Below, in pieces: positions 12,759 through 24,992 of a stretch of 64,000 nucleotides of DNA (the stretch's first letter is position 1; each line of letters starts with the position of its first letter). The translations under genes were made by a program, and so were the position numbers. Source of the DNA: Oikopleura dioica. Lineage: Eukaryota > Animalia > Chordata. The notes below the pieces were generated by a model that worked only from the letters and a program-made list of their open reading frames with translations, had not been told where the DNA came from and searched no databases. The stretch is taken from NCBI GenBank assembly GCA_907165135.1, contig OU015567.1, positions 7,564,001-7,628,000 of the forward strand, written 5' to 3'.

Positions 12759-13793
12759 GAGATCGATAGTGCAGTTAGAGTTCTGCTCAAATTTTCGTCA
12801 TGAAATCGAAATCGAAAGGACGTCGCCGGCTGACCGGAAGATGATTTCATTATGAATAAAATTTGCGAATGAATGAGATGGCTAGACCGCAGCATTGGCA
12901 CCTTGACGGGGCCACATAAGGCTTTGCTCCAAAAATGTCGCTAAATGTGACGCCTGGCTTATTTTTTTCGCTCCTCCAGAATTTCAACTTGAGTTGAAAT
13001 TGGCGAGCAAGTATTGCTATTAGGTAGATAATGATGGGTCTATTTCGAAGTTCGATTGATTCGCTCGCTTCAAACGTGAGGAGCGGCTTACAAGGTTAGT
13101 TACAGTAGTTAGAATCGATTTGGACTGATTGCCGGTTCAATTGAGAGTGAGAGTTTTCAATATTTAGAAATTTTCGCACCACGTTTTTTGAAAGAAGCAG
13201 TTACAAAAATGCAAGAGTCTACGTGCCACTGTGTACAAATGTGCAAAAAGTGGATCCGCATATCCCGCCGCTTTCAACCACGGAAAAGGAAATACAGCAA
13301 GTGGCAACAGTAAACGCCGGCCATGGCTTTGTTTTTGAACTACGTGACACCGTTTTTATATATTTGATTTTTGAGACGATTGGCCTTGAACGAACCCGCC
13401 TGGAAATAGAATAAGATGGCAGACAAGTTCGACTAGACTAGTCAAAACTTATTTCCGACATTTGCTTAATCTACTGGGCGGCGTAAAATCTCGATTTACT
13501 TAGATTGAGCTCTCGGTCATTGCCAAGCCGAATCAAGTTATTTCTGAGGCTGGAGTGCGGTTATCGGAGCCGGAAATCCGACGTGTTTTGTTTGGTCGAG
13601 TTGTTCTCTGAGAACAGCGAGTTGTCGATGAAGATGTTTTAGATCCTCTCCGCTTACTTCCTGGCGAGAAGCTCTCTTGCGCAATTGCCAGATTTTCTAG
13701 TTCCTCCGATAGCTACATAATTCTACGTTTCCCCTCTTACTTGTTTGAACAATTGAGAAGCCTTTAATGCTGTAAGAGCCATTCTTTGCCCCG

Positions 13794-14023
13794 CTGGGCT
13801 CGGCAACCTGTGTAAAAACCTTAGTCAGGGTTCAAAGAGAAAATGAAAAGCCGCGAAGCGGCATTTTATATACGAAGCCGCAAAGCGGCTTCGCCAATAT
13901 TCTAAAATAGATAAGAGTGATTGTGTTGCGAAGCCGCTCTGCGGCTTCGTTTTAAAAGCCGCTTCGCGGCTTTTCATTTTAGCTCTTTGGACCCTGACTC
14001 AGGTTTTCTACACAGGTTCCCGA
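13794..14023. mobile_element. MITE family A copy 7
   Basis: CTGGGCTCGGCAACCTGTGT...CTCAGGTTTTCTACACAGGTTCCCGAG; right TIR eroded. Confidence 0.85.
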
Positions 14024-17000
14024 GTGGATATTTGGAGAAGGACTCGTTCTGAAGGAGATAGAAATTCAGAAGAAGAGTGAGTCAAAAATAAAAGCTGGAC
14101 TGGCATCTCATTTTTCCGGCGTCAAATTTCCATCTAAAGAGAACTTTTGCCATCTGATGCGCGGCTATTTGTGGTTTCTTGTTCTTGGCGAGAAAGAGGC
14201 GCAATTTGGATGGAGCGCTGCTAATTCTTCGCTAAATGATGATGAGGGACATCTAATGAGGTGAGAACTGCATCCCCTGCGCTTGATGACATCCTGGTAC
14301 CGGGATTAGAAACGTCATTTTCTGACGCGAAGAAAGTTATGCTCCATGACCAGTAAACACGTACTCATACATCTTGTTACTTTCGAGGCAGCTCTACTTT
14401 TAGAAATTTCAAAAAGTGTCGGACATTCGTTTCACACGATAGTCGTTTTACATCTTTCCGATTTCGTCGCACTTCTAACAAAATTTATCAAAAGACCATA
14501 TCTTGGTATATAAGTTCTGTGGATTCTGTAAAATAGTGGTGCATGTTCTTATGAAACAGTATCATCGTGATGTGCGGTGGAGAATTTCGAATGTGTTATC
14601 GACAAATGATCGCGTAATTGCACAGTTGGGGGAGAAGAAATAACACAGGTCGCGTTTTGTCTGTCGCTGACAAAATTTAATAACGACTTATTCAAACACT
14701 TTTCTCCAATATTGGATCATAATCTAATGAGACGCTTCCTTTATTCTTTGTCTTTTTCGACGAAGAAGGACCAAAACCTTTCATCTTTTAGGAATGATTA
14801 CATCAATGAACTTGATGATAGAATCTTGAACCCCTAGTTGCCTACTTCCTAAAGATCGTAATTAAGGAACTACCCTTCGATAAGGCGTTAAAAACGGTGT
14901 TAGAAAAAAAAGCGAAAATTTTCACGATTTCGTTACACAATCCTCTCGGACTTCAATGTACTTATAAAGAATCTCTCGGGAGCGTTATGCAAGAGTATAT
15001 TTTGGTAGAGAACGACGGATCCAATTCGCCACGGCGGATAACGAAACAATTGCACGTTGACGACGCTTCGCCCTTCCTATTACCTTTTTTAATGAAATGA
15101 AATAATAATTTTACGGGCAGCGGGACGATAATGCCCCGAAGTTGGAGGAAGTTTGTACTGATCCAAGAATCTGCTTCTTACTTCTGTTGGACAAAGCCAA
15201 TGTTTGATCCGGAGACTTCGATTTATCCGCGAATTTCTGCTGAATCTGAATTTGGTTGCAACGTGTTTACGCACTCGCTCAACAAATCCTGCTTAGCGGT
15301 ATAATAGATCATAACCCCTCTGCAGGTGAGCGCTGTCGACGGGAGAGCATGATTGAGAGATCTTTTTGCAGCTTCTTGCGTGCTAAGTTCCATTCCAAAA
15401 TATGATGATCAACTGCGGTTAATTCTGTATATCTCTCTTCATTTTCTTGCGTAACAGATAGAATCATTTTCAGGTTCATAATCGCAAAAGTCAAAGAGTC
15501 TCGACAGTTTTGACGAGACACTTCGAAAAGCCTCTTAGACTCGTAATTGGAAACAATTGGTTCGCTCTTTCATCTGGTTAGCTCTGATGCTCCTCTCATC
15601 TCCCTGCTTCCTTGAATTCATCCATCGAGTGTTATATCAATCCGTACGGTCCCTCTCTTTTAAACCAAGACTGGAATCGTTGAATCAAAAAAGCCGTCTA
15701 TTCGACCATTTTTAAGAGTCTCGTTTCACATTTCAAGTTCCCCAGATGATTTTTTCAACCCAAGTCCATCTAAAGGTTCTTTTTTAAAGAGCTTTTGGCC
15801 ACAAGAAATCTCAAATACAAAAATTAATTGAATGAAAATGTTGTCGTTTCGCACTTTATCGCACCTGTCCAGCGGCGCTAATTTAGAGCATTTATGCAAC
15901 AAAAACCAGCGGTCAGGGGAATCAGTATTTGTAGACGGCTTATCCGAACCCAATAGAGTCGGTGGAAATTCGTTGCGCAACGTGATTGGGATATCTTGGC
16001 GGAGATAAATTTAGGAGAGGGTTGTTATAAACGTCCCTTGGAATCAACCCTTTCAGTAATCCTAACTAACCCTAGCCTATCCCTCAAGCAAATATTTTAG
16101 CGGTAATGTTCACGAGAATTTGCTGCGTGAGTGATAAAACTTCTTTATAAACCAACTAAAGCTGCATTTTCTCTTTCTTCTTATCAGTATACAGTTATTA
16201 TTCCATCTGTGGTCATGTCCGTTCATTAATAAAATTCTATGTTTAATTTTATTTCGAGCACTGGAATTAAAAAACACTGTATTAAATTTTGTTTTTATTT
16301 TGCGTTTTTTGAATTGCTTTATTATGAAATAAATTTCTGCTTTTCGGAAAAAGCAAAAAGACCGCAAAAACAACGCCCCGTTTTTAGACGTAATGAGGCC
16401 CCGTACAAAACGAGTACAAAGGCTGTTGAGAGGCATGTGTGCGGAAGACGAGATTGGCATGTTCGTTTCCAGTGCAAGAAAAGAAAGAAAAATATAAGGG
16501 TTAAGTCAAATCGGAACACTTCGAAAAAGTTACGCGAATAAGAATTTTTTCAATCAAATGAGTGAAAAGCATACAGAAACTTTGAAATTCTAGGGCGACG
16601 TCTTCAATCAGACTATATTTATTCTAAAGCCTTCTTTCCTCTCACATATTTACAAACAGAGGGTACTGGATCGACCCAGGCGTACCTTCGTCCGAAATGA
16701 TTAAGGCCTCCCAAATCGTTATCACCGTCGCACTCTCCCGAGCCACTCATCAATCACTAGTTACTTTCCCAAATTTGACGCGCGCCGCGTGGATATTCCA
16801 TTTGGGCTGTCCAATTCAAGGAAAATCGCTACCTTCGCTTTGATCTTGGCTCAAATCGACAATAGCAAATTTCAATCAAAGACTTTTTCACTACTTTTTA
16901 CGATTTTTTAGAAAAAATATTTTCTTATCAATTCTATTTCAGATTCCTGCTTTTATGAAGCGTTTTTTCTTCAAAAAATAATTTCACGAGTTTTCTTAGG

Positions 17001-17669
17001 TTTTTCATAGTTTAAGAGATTTATTTATCGCTCAGATATTTACATACAGCGATTGAACTTTGGCAGATTCGTATTTTTGCGACGAAGAATAAAGAAGTGA
17101 TGGGTCCAAGCGAGTCCATTTTCTTCTCAGACAGTGCAATATCGAGCTCGCCTCTTGCCCAGTTAGACTGTAACTTTCCGAGTTTCCCTCTCGAGAAATT
17201 AAAGTACAGGTCGGGCAAGAGCAGCTGATATTCGAGGCAGAATTGATCCAACCTTTGTCACTCGGGAAAATGCAGCAGTCTTGAGGCCATCTGGGAAATC
17301 TTCTTTTGGAGCATCTTTCGTCATCGTTTTTATAGGACTTTTTCACCCCAAGTTTTGGGGCTGTTGGCAAATTGATTAAAATTACGAGCGCGCGAAAATA
17401 AGAAGAAAAATTTTCAAATAAATATTTACACACGAAAAGATTTTTACACGGAAGGATCGAAATTCCGTCTTACAATTTAAGACTAGAACTTTTTAATAGT
17501 GAAGTATTTGATATTGAGTAACCCGTGCTGTTTTTGGGTGCCTAGAAGAAGAATAAAGAATTTAGGTTTGAGTTGTGTTTCAACTATGGTGTCCTATGAA
17601 TCTAGTACGCTAATTCTAGTGCGCTTTCAGGTTACATCGGGGAAAATACTTGACCTCGTCGGTAAAAAA

Positions 17670-18569
17670 TTAGAATGTTTCACACATTCCAATTGGTCTG
17701 ACAGTTTTATCAGCGCAGCATTCTTTGTTCAGGGAGTTGAAAAGAACCCTAGAACAGTGATTAGCTTCTCCGTCTTCTCTTGAATCCATTTTGACTTACA
17801 TGGGTCCGTCATCGGCTCCACAGCACTCTGGCTCGGAAATTCCTGGGGATCGGACGCAGTTGTTAGGGTCTTGGTATTCCCATGGTCCCCAGAACGCATG
17901 GTATTTGTCATCGAAGACATCCCGGACGGCGGGGAGCTACAACTATCAAACAGCCCGCTCAGACTTAACCTGCTTTTACCTCAGAAGTGTACTTGTTGTC
18001 GCATTCGCAAAGGGCTCGCTCGCAAGTGTTGGGTTTGTTGGTGCAGACGATGTTTCCCTTTTGGTTTTTCTTCCACTTGTATCGGACAAGCTCGCCGATG
18101 CATTGTTCACCAAACTTCATCTGCACACATTTCTGGCAGTCCTAAGAAGAGGGTTACTTTAGGTACTTGTTTGGGAAATGGCTCGATGTGGGGAAGTTCA
18201 ATGCTTGCTAGTGATAACGAGGTGGTATTAAGGGAAACTGGTGTAGAGAAAAATAGGAAATTTCCGATGGGGAAGTTGAAAGTTTGAACTCCTTACTTTG
18301 TAAGCTTTGCAGACGCCGTCCAATTTGTCAACCGGTCTACCGAATCCAGGGTCACTCATCGGTCTATCGCCGAGAATGAGGCAGTTGCAGCCGTAAGTCC
18401 AATATTTTCGCTCGTCAAAGTCGGGCATGTAGTGAAGCGCAAGAAGCTTCAAGTCCTTGTATCGTCGTCCTTGAATCGATGATTCTTGAGTCTCTTCTCG
18501 TTGTCCTGCTCTTTGCGCAAGAGCGGAGCCGAAGAGAGCTGAGACGATTGACTTTGCAGAGAAAACCAT
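17670..18569 (-). CDS. Secreted phospholipase A2-like protein, paralog 2 (complete, 4 exons)
   Basis: MVFSAKSIVSALFGSALAQ...FDERKYWTYGCNCLILGDRPMSDPGFGRPVDKLDGVCKAYK|DCQKC...CERALCECDNKYTSE|LPAV...PECCGADDGPM|VLFNSLNKECCADKTVRPIGMCETF*. All introns are GT-AG. Confidence 0.85.
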
Positions 18570-20745
18570 TGTGACTTTTGATTTGTTTCTTTTCTGTTCG
18601 GAACAGGAGAAGATTTTACTTCGAGGAGTACTAAAAGGGCAGATGAGCAAAGGGAGGAATTGTTAGTTATCTATTCGAGTTTTTACTTAGGATTATTTTT
18701 AAGGATATCAACATAAGTTCGCCAGAGAGTCAAAGTACTCGATGATTAAATTTTAAGCTATGTTTTCAGTCTTATTCTAATTTTGAAAATTTTGCTGTAA
18801 CGATGTTGATACCCTTAATTTCTTGTCTGAATCTCTATCTCTTTAATCTTCGCTTTGCTGCTATTCTTCGTGTGCCTAAAACTTACCGGTAGAAAAGCCG
18901 GTGACGAGAGAAGCTTTTTAAAGCTTTTCCTAAATCGGAAAAAGAAGAAGATGACTTGAGTCGATGTGTTGACACCAAAACGATCGGCGAGTTTATATAT
19001 CTCCTCGGCGCGGGGCACCAGACGCGCCGCCAAACGCGCTCGAAACAGCTCGCGTGCGACATCGGAGCGATCCTGAGCGGGATGCGCGCTCCGCGGCGAG
19101 GCGCTGTTTTCACGCTTTCGCCGCGGCCATCTTTATCAGCGTTATTATCGGTAAATGGAATTATAAATTTCGTAATCATACCGAAATCTCTATAAAAATC
19201 AATAATCAATAATTTTTTGATATTTAGCAATGATTTATTATGCTCTTCAGTGCCTAAAATGTCATTTTGATTGTTCTAGCGATCGAATATATCATTTTCA
19301 TGAATGTAAACTGTGGTCTTTGGCGTCTGAGGAATCCAAGGAAAAGCCGAAGAAATCGTTTCAGAAAGTTTAAACAAACTTGTTAGGCCGAATAGAAGCC
19401 AAAAATTGAAGCGTCTTTAGAACTAAAGATTCTAAAGAAAATTCTCTTACCGCCATAATTGATATCTTGGGGTGAAAGTTGTTGCATGCGATCACTTATG
19501 GCAACATCGCTTTCAGTTAGGCTGGTTTAGATAACAAGCCGCTTTAACTAGCATGGTGTTTCTCACGAAGAGGCCCTAAAGAACAGTTTTGGTGGTTGAA
19601 ATTAATTGATAGATCTGAAGTTCAAATTTATTTTCATACACAAATGTGGTAAAACTGATCGTTTTTGACCATTGATCTCCTTTGAAGAAGGGTGTCTAAC
19701 CATAAAGTGAAACTACTGATAAGAATTGCCCATCCCCTTAACATTGATGGTAATCTTCGGCAATTTCATATTTCGTAGATCCAAATTGGAGCCACCCGAA
19801 ATGTGCCCAAAATCCTTGTGTGAAGATAAGATTCCCCTTAAAAATCTAAAAATCGTCGGAGCATTTGTCTAAGTCTAAATTTATTGCGAAGATAGCAAAA
19901 ATTATTTTACGAAAGTTGCGAAAAAAAGAAAATCTAGTCATTCGCCGGGCCAATTTAGAGTCATTTTGTCGCAATTAGGAATCGAATACGAACCTGAAAA
20001 TCCGACGTCGATTCAAGCACTCACCTGTTAACAAATCCGATTGTTTTCGATCCTTTCCTAGACTTTCAAAGTGTCTACATCGGCGAATATGTATTGCAAC
20101 ATGAAAAAGATGTCTACAAATTGTGAGAGAGAAGTAGAAAAACCTTATACGGAGTTCCCTTAATCAGCTGACGTCTAAATTGAGCGCCGCGTTCTCTTAT
20201 CGTTTCAATATTTTCGTGTGCACTTGTGAATCTCGGTCTTCACTAGAACTCTCAGGATTTTGTTGCAAAAGATAAACTGTCAAAGAAAAACTCATCTTTT
20301 CGTTGCCGCTAGAACTTGATTCTGTATTCATTTTTATGAATACTCCTTGATATAAAGAGCACCAATTTGATTATATGATGAGATGAGTCATCTCTATAAT
20401 TAACCGTTAATTCGAAGAAGATTTCTAAACGAGCTCACGGTTAAGCTCGATCTTACGCCTAAGCGGGTAGGCAGGCTCTAAAAGTTATCATAATTATTTG
20501 AGCGAACTCACACGCTTTCGCCGTCTATTATTAACGACTAAACGGTATCTTCATTTTACGAAATAGACATCTTGCATCTTATAGTAGAAGAAAACTGTTT
20601 GAACGTGAGTAGGACCCGAAGTAGAGCTTTCAAGGAAGCTTCGTTCCACCCAAGCCGCTAATGATAGCATCACTCCTCCTATCTGATTCAGGAGCATAAA
20701 TAAATCCCAGCCAGACGCAGAGGTTATCTCGGGGTGAGGTATAAA

Positions 20746-21821
20746 TAGGGTCGACGAGCAAAAATTCAACCCCAAGAACCCTTTGTGGTAAAGCCTTGAA
20801 ACTTTGGGACAATATGTATTTGGGCCCAACTAAAAAATTTGTTATTGAAAATTTTTTGGTCTGACCACGTGATCACGGGTTACAGACCCTCGAAAAGCTA
20901 GAAAAGCTTGCCGAGCTTGATCCCCTTATGGCATCATCTTCTTGTTTGCCCAAAAAGAAAGGTCTTGGTTTGTTCAAGTGGTTAAGTCAAAAAAATTCTT
21001 GGTGCCGCCTTTACAGGACACGCTAGAAGCTATATACAGTTAATTATGGAATTTTTGGACATTTTTTGTCCCAAGATTTTCGCGAAAATGTCCATAAATT
21101 TGATACACGCGGCCAAAAAAAATATCCCATCCAAATCGCTTAAAAAATTTTTTTTGAGAAAAATCTCCATCATTCTTTGTTTAATCCTTCTTCTAAAGAC
21201 AAAAAATGTTTTAGGGGTACGAGATCAACCTTCAATCTTATCTTTCTCAAAGAAAAAGTAAGATTTTAATATGAAAAAACTTCATATCTGGCAAAAATAA
21301 CAGAAAATTTAAAAATACGGCGCAGAAAATGTCCAAAAATTTGATACGGGCACTTTTGAAAAGTGTCCCAAGAAAACCCCATAAAATAGCAAAAATGTCC
21401 AAAAATTTGATGTCCAAAAATTCCATAAAAAACTGTAAGGACCCAAATCTAGCTAAAATTGAGGTAAAAATCCAGGTTTCACGGGTTACTCAGGCAAATA
21501 TACATTGCAAAAAGGGCCATTTTGGACGCTTCACTTCCCTCTAGCGACTCATGTGATCTCGCCACCAAAAATGTTTTGGATTCTATAGGAAGGACTTTTT
21601 GTGCTCTTTCATGTGAGCTACATTATGATCACCTGCGGTCAGGGGATCGAGGTTGGCAAGCTTTTCTAGCTTTTCGAGGGTCCATATCACGTGATCACGT
21701 GATCATACCAAAAAAATTTCGATTACAAATTTTTAAGATGGGCCAAAATACATATAGTCCCAAAGTTTCGGGCAGTTACCTGAAGGGGTTTTAGGGGTTG
21801 ATTTTTTGCTCGTCGACCCTA
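20746..21821. mobile_element. Non-autonomous hAT-type element with about 185-bp inverted arms (8-bp TSD GGTATAAA)
   Basis: Ends TAGGGTCGACGAGCAAAAA / TTTTTTGCTCGTCGACCCTA. GGTATAAA lies at 20738-20745 and 21822-21829. Arms run to about 20927 and 21640. Confidence 0.9.
21047..21425. mobile_element. Nested AT-rich MITE, probable TA TSD (Tc1/mariner-like)
   Basis: TA|TGGAATTTTTGGACA ... TGTCCAAAAATTCCA|TA, with internal repeats of AAAATGTCCAAAAATTTGAT. Confidence 0.6.
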
Positions 21822-23096
21822 GGTATAAATGCGTAATATGCATAAATTTTATGAAATTCAGGATCTCTACTTGAAAGTATTTGACTTAGTTTCAAAGGTA
21901 TGATCAGGTTCAATAAGAAAAAAAGCAGCACTTGATAAATTTGAAATGAAATTGATAGACATAACCGCAAAGAAAAATGTTCCACGCAGACTTTATTTTT
22001 ATTTTTTCACTTGATTTATTAAATTAAAGATCAGCGAATTTATGCTGTCAAGTTGGAATTTTCAATTCCATCATCCAATTAGTCTCAAAAATACCACACC
22101 GAAATTACACCGATCAGAACTGCCAAGTTTCTGAAAAAGGGCCTTTCTTTTATAAAAATGAAAAAAGTCTTCAAAAAAATCACGATCTAAGAAAACATCA
22201 CCAAGGTCATGTTGAGTTACAGAACCGCAACTTCACTTGCGTCAAGTTCTATTTCTTGAAAGTTGCAATATGTTTTAGCAAAAGAGATTACGGTGGTAGC
22301 AATTTCACTTTGATAATATTTGAGCGACCACCCTTTAGAACTTCGGGTCCGGGCGCCTTAGCTTGAAAATCGCAATAATTGTGGAAAAATTGAAATGAGC
22401 GATTTTTTAAATTAGAGAGTTTTTTGAAGACTGAAAATATTTTTTACGTGTAGTTTTTTTTTGACCCAGTTTTAACGGCTTAGGAACGTTTGTTTGTCTC
22501 AAGTTGGCAAACCTGCTGGAGGAACGTCACTAATAGCGAGTGCTACCAAAAGCCGGCTGGATAAACCCCGGGCTGGCTTAGCAGCATCACATAATACGAT
22601 TGTGGAGGGTGACAAATTTCTTCTTGTCTACATCTTATAGCACCAAATCGCGTCAACGATTCCGGCCGTTGTGGAACATTTTAGCAACAAGTCACAAGTC
22701 ACTCATTGGAATGCTTGTAGAGATGCAGTATTTTTGCTCTTGCATACTACGCGCTCAATCTAAAAACAGCCAGTCTAAAAAAAATTGTATTTTTTTTAAA
22801 CCAGTATTTTTTAAATGGATGAGAAATGTTTTCAATGAAATTTGATGAAATCAAGTTTTAAAAATTCTACCATCGTTAGGGGAAATCACTGAGATCCCCA
22901 ACTTCAAGAGCTCCTAGCTCCCCAGATACCCCACCCCCTCACTATTTTTCTTGAGCTCAAAATGACCGCCAGAGCCAGGGCTACAATCTAGGCTAGTGGG
23001 CAGCCTCTGAAAGGGTTAGTTAGGGCTTCAAAAATTACTATTTCCGAAGTTTGAATCGTTTATTGACATCAGAAGATAAATGAGTTCGTTTTTATT

Positions 23097-23145
23097 GCAG
23101 GCTTAACGTTTTCGGAACAGAAATTCCATCATCAGAGCCGGTTGC
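23097..23145 (-). ncRNA. Second hammerhead copy in the inverted pseudo-LTR
   Basis: Exact reverse complement of 24704-24752. Confidence 0.78.
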
Positions 23146-23312
23146 TTGAAAACTTGACGATCTTTTAGCAAAGGAGAAACTGACCTTTTCTTGTAGAAGA
23201 GTGAACTGATCAATATTCCGAATAATAACTTGATCCCTAGCCACATTCTAGAGAAAATAATGCAACCCGAACTATTTTTATAATCTCAGAGGCTCCAATT
23301 GCCTTCAAAATT

Positions 23313-24521
23313 TTGCCTAGATTCAGAAATGAAGAGAAAAAATTATTAAAACCAATACCAAAAACTGTTCTTCGACCTATTTTAGTTTCTGTGCTTACTC
23401 GTCTGACTTCTTTTCGTTGTTTCGACAAGTATTATAAGCAAATTTCGGGACTGAGTATGGGTGACAGTATAAGCCCTAAATTGGCGAATTTTTATCTCAA
23501 TATTCTTGAAAAAGACAAAATAAAAAAATTAATTGATCAAAAAATCATTTTCGGTTATCGGCGCTATCTCGATGATACCATCGTTTTCTTCAAACGCGGT
23601 TGTTTCGACGAAGTCAATAATATTTTCCAAAATCTTCATGAAACTCTTAAAATTACAGTCGAAAGATCTTGTCAAAGTGGTATAAAATTCCTTGATTTTA
23701 TTATCTATCCTTCAGAATCAAATATCCTTCAAATACGCAATAATCGTAAACACACAGTTCCGATGAATTTCGTAAAAGATACTGCTCCGGTCTCTTTGAA
23801 AAAGGGAATTCTTATATCAGAAATCAAAAGGGCACACTACAAGCACTCCTGTCAAAAAACTCTTGACGAGGAGTTGAAAGAGATAGAACAGAAATATCTC
23901 TCTCAAGAATTTCCCCTAGAAATTATACGTGATGCATTAAGAGTAGTTAAAGACGGTAAAACGGATAAAAAAGACTGGAAATTGGAAAAATCTGAAAATC
24001 CAGATCGAAATTTCACACTCTGTATTCCTTTCACAAGTCAGAGGGTGTCCCGAATAACCAGCGAGTTGCGCAGGTTAATATCCGTATTTTTGCCAGAATA
24101 TAACTTGCATACGGCATTGTCTACTGTAACGATGCGTAACACGATTATCTCCAGTCTACTGCCGAAGACGGAATTTGAAAAGGCCATTAATGTGGTGTAT
24201 TCATTTAAATGTCGGTGCGGCGAAGAGTATATTGGAGAGTCTGAATCCCTGAGCATGAGAATTCGAGATCATGGGCAACCATCAAAAGATACAGCTATAT
24301 TTTCTCATACAAAGGATTGTGAGGATTTTAAGACGGGTTTTAATGAGAAATATCAGCAAAATAATCCTCAATCTCGATTCAATTATCTAAGCTCACATTT
24401 TTCGATATTACATAAAAATCTTCCTTATGACAAAAGAAAACAAGTCGAGGGTCTCGAAATCGTGCTTAAAGATCCGCAGTTAAATAAACAGATTCACCAT
24501 CGAAAAATTTTCATTTTGTGA
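23313..24521 (+). CDS. Penelope-like RT (C-terminal part) + GIY-YIG endonuclease; N-terminally truncated
   Basis: YYKQISGLSMGDSISPKLANFYL and YRRYLDD (RT motifs); VVYSFKCRCGEEYIGES...RIRDH (GIY-YIG). No ATG start or N-terminal RT subdomains. Confidence 0.88.
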   Translation: MPRFRNEEKKLLKPIPKTVLRPILVSVLTRLTSFRCFDKYYKQISGLSMGDSISPKLANFYLNILEKDKIKKLIDQKIIFGYRRYLDDTIVFFKRGCFDEVNNIFQNLHETLKITVERSCQSGIKFLDFIIYPSESNILQIRNNRKHTVPMNFVKDTAPVSLKKGILISEIKRAHYKHSCQKTLDEELKEIEQKYLSQEFPLEIIRDALRVVKDGKTDKKDWKLEKSENPDRNFTLCIPFTSQRVSRITSELRRLISVFLPEYNLHTALSTVTMRNTIISSLLPKTEFEKAINVVYSFKCRCGEEYIGESESLSMRIRDHGQPSKDTAIFSHTKDCEDFKTGFNEKYQQNNPQSRFNYLSSHFSILHKNLPYDKRKQVEGLEIVLKDPQLNKQIHHRKIFIL

Positions 24522-24703
24522 TACCACTCAGAGGCAAGTTTTGAAGGCAATTGGAGCCTCTGAGATTATAAAAATAGTTCGGGTTGCATTATTTTCTCTA
24601 GAATGTGGCTAGGGATCAAGTTATTATTCGGAATATTGATCAGTTCACTCTTCTACAAGAAAAGGTCAGTTTCTCCTTTGCTAAAAGATCGTCAAGTTTT
24701 CAA

Positions 24704-24752
24704 GCAACCGGCTCTGATGATGGAATTTCTGTTCCGAAAACGTTAAGCCTGC
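24704..24752 (+). ncRNA. Minimal type I hammerhead ribozyme in the 3' pseudo-LTR
   Basis: GGCT-CTGATGA-T-GGAA(tttctg)TTCC-GAA-AACGTT-A-AGCC: conserved cores CUGAUGA and GAAA, stem II GGAA/TTCC, palindromic stem III AACGTT, UUA cleavage triplet (cut after 24745), stem I GGCT/AGCC. Confidence 0.8.
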
Positions 24753-24992
24753 AATAAAAACGAACTCATTTCCGAAGTTGGCCAGATTTTGGGACTTCGG
24801 AAGAATCTAAATGCCCTCGGGGTACGAGATCACCCCCCACTATCAATAGTCAAAATGATCCCCAGCTTCTGGGGATTCGAAAACTGTATTATACTCCCGC
24901 CCTACTAAGCTAGAAAAAAAGCTCAAATATTAGTGATTTCCCCTAACCATCGTAGATTAATTTATATTTAGATGGCTCTTGAAAGATTTCTA

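Larger units (their letters stand above)
23052..24771 (+). mobile_element. 5'-truncated Penelope-like retroelement with inverted pseudo-LTRs
   Basis: Near-perfect inverted repeats at 23078-23310 and 24539-24771 flank an RT + GIY-YIG ORF. The motif (A)TTTCCGAAGTT on both sides (about 23040-23051 and 24768-24779) is a likely TSD. Confidence 0.9.
22867..24955. mobile_element. MITE (24-bp TIR, possible 3-bp TSD ATT) split by the Penelope-like insertion
   Basis: CTACCATCGTTAGGGGAAATCACT versus AGTGATTTCCCCTAACCATCGTAG (22/24 complementary); ATT on both flanks. Confidence 0.7.

Noticed and set aside
6665-14023. CRISPR-like repeat-spacer reading of the palindromic AAGCCGC units
   Set aside because: The units lie inside TIR- and TSD-bounded MITEs in a eukaryotic genome, with no constant spacer length and no cas genes.
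16055-16085. Telomere-like CCTAACTAACCCTAG (also AGGGTTAGTTAGGG near 23012)
   Set aside because: Too short and degenerate; the second lies within a MITE.
11400-17500. Scattered exon-like frames (e.g. 12039-12281, 13500-13790, 15089-15521, 16640-17433)
   Set aside because: Some have plausible splice sites, but I could not assemble or identify a protein; left unannotated.
19445-19610. Segment that at first looked like a structural RNA (snRNA/rRNA-like)
   Set aside because: No match to U1, 5S, SL or tRNA consensus that I can support; better read as minus-strand exon fragments.
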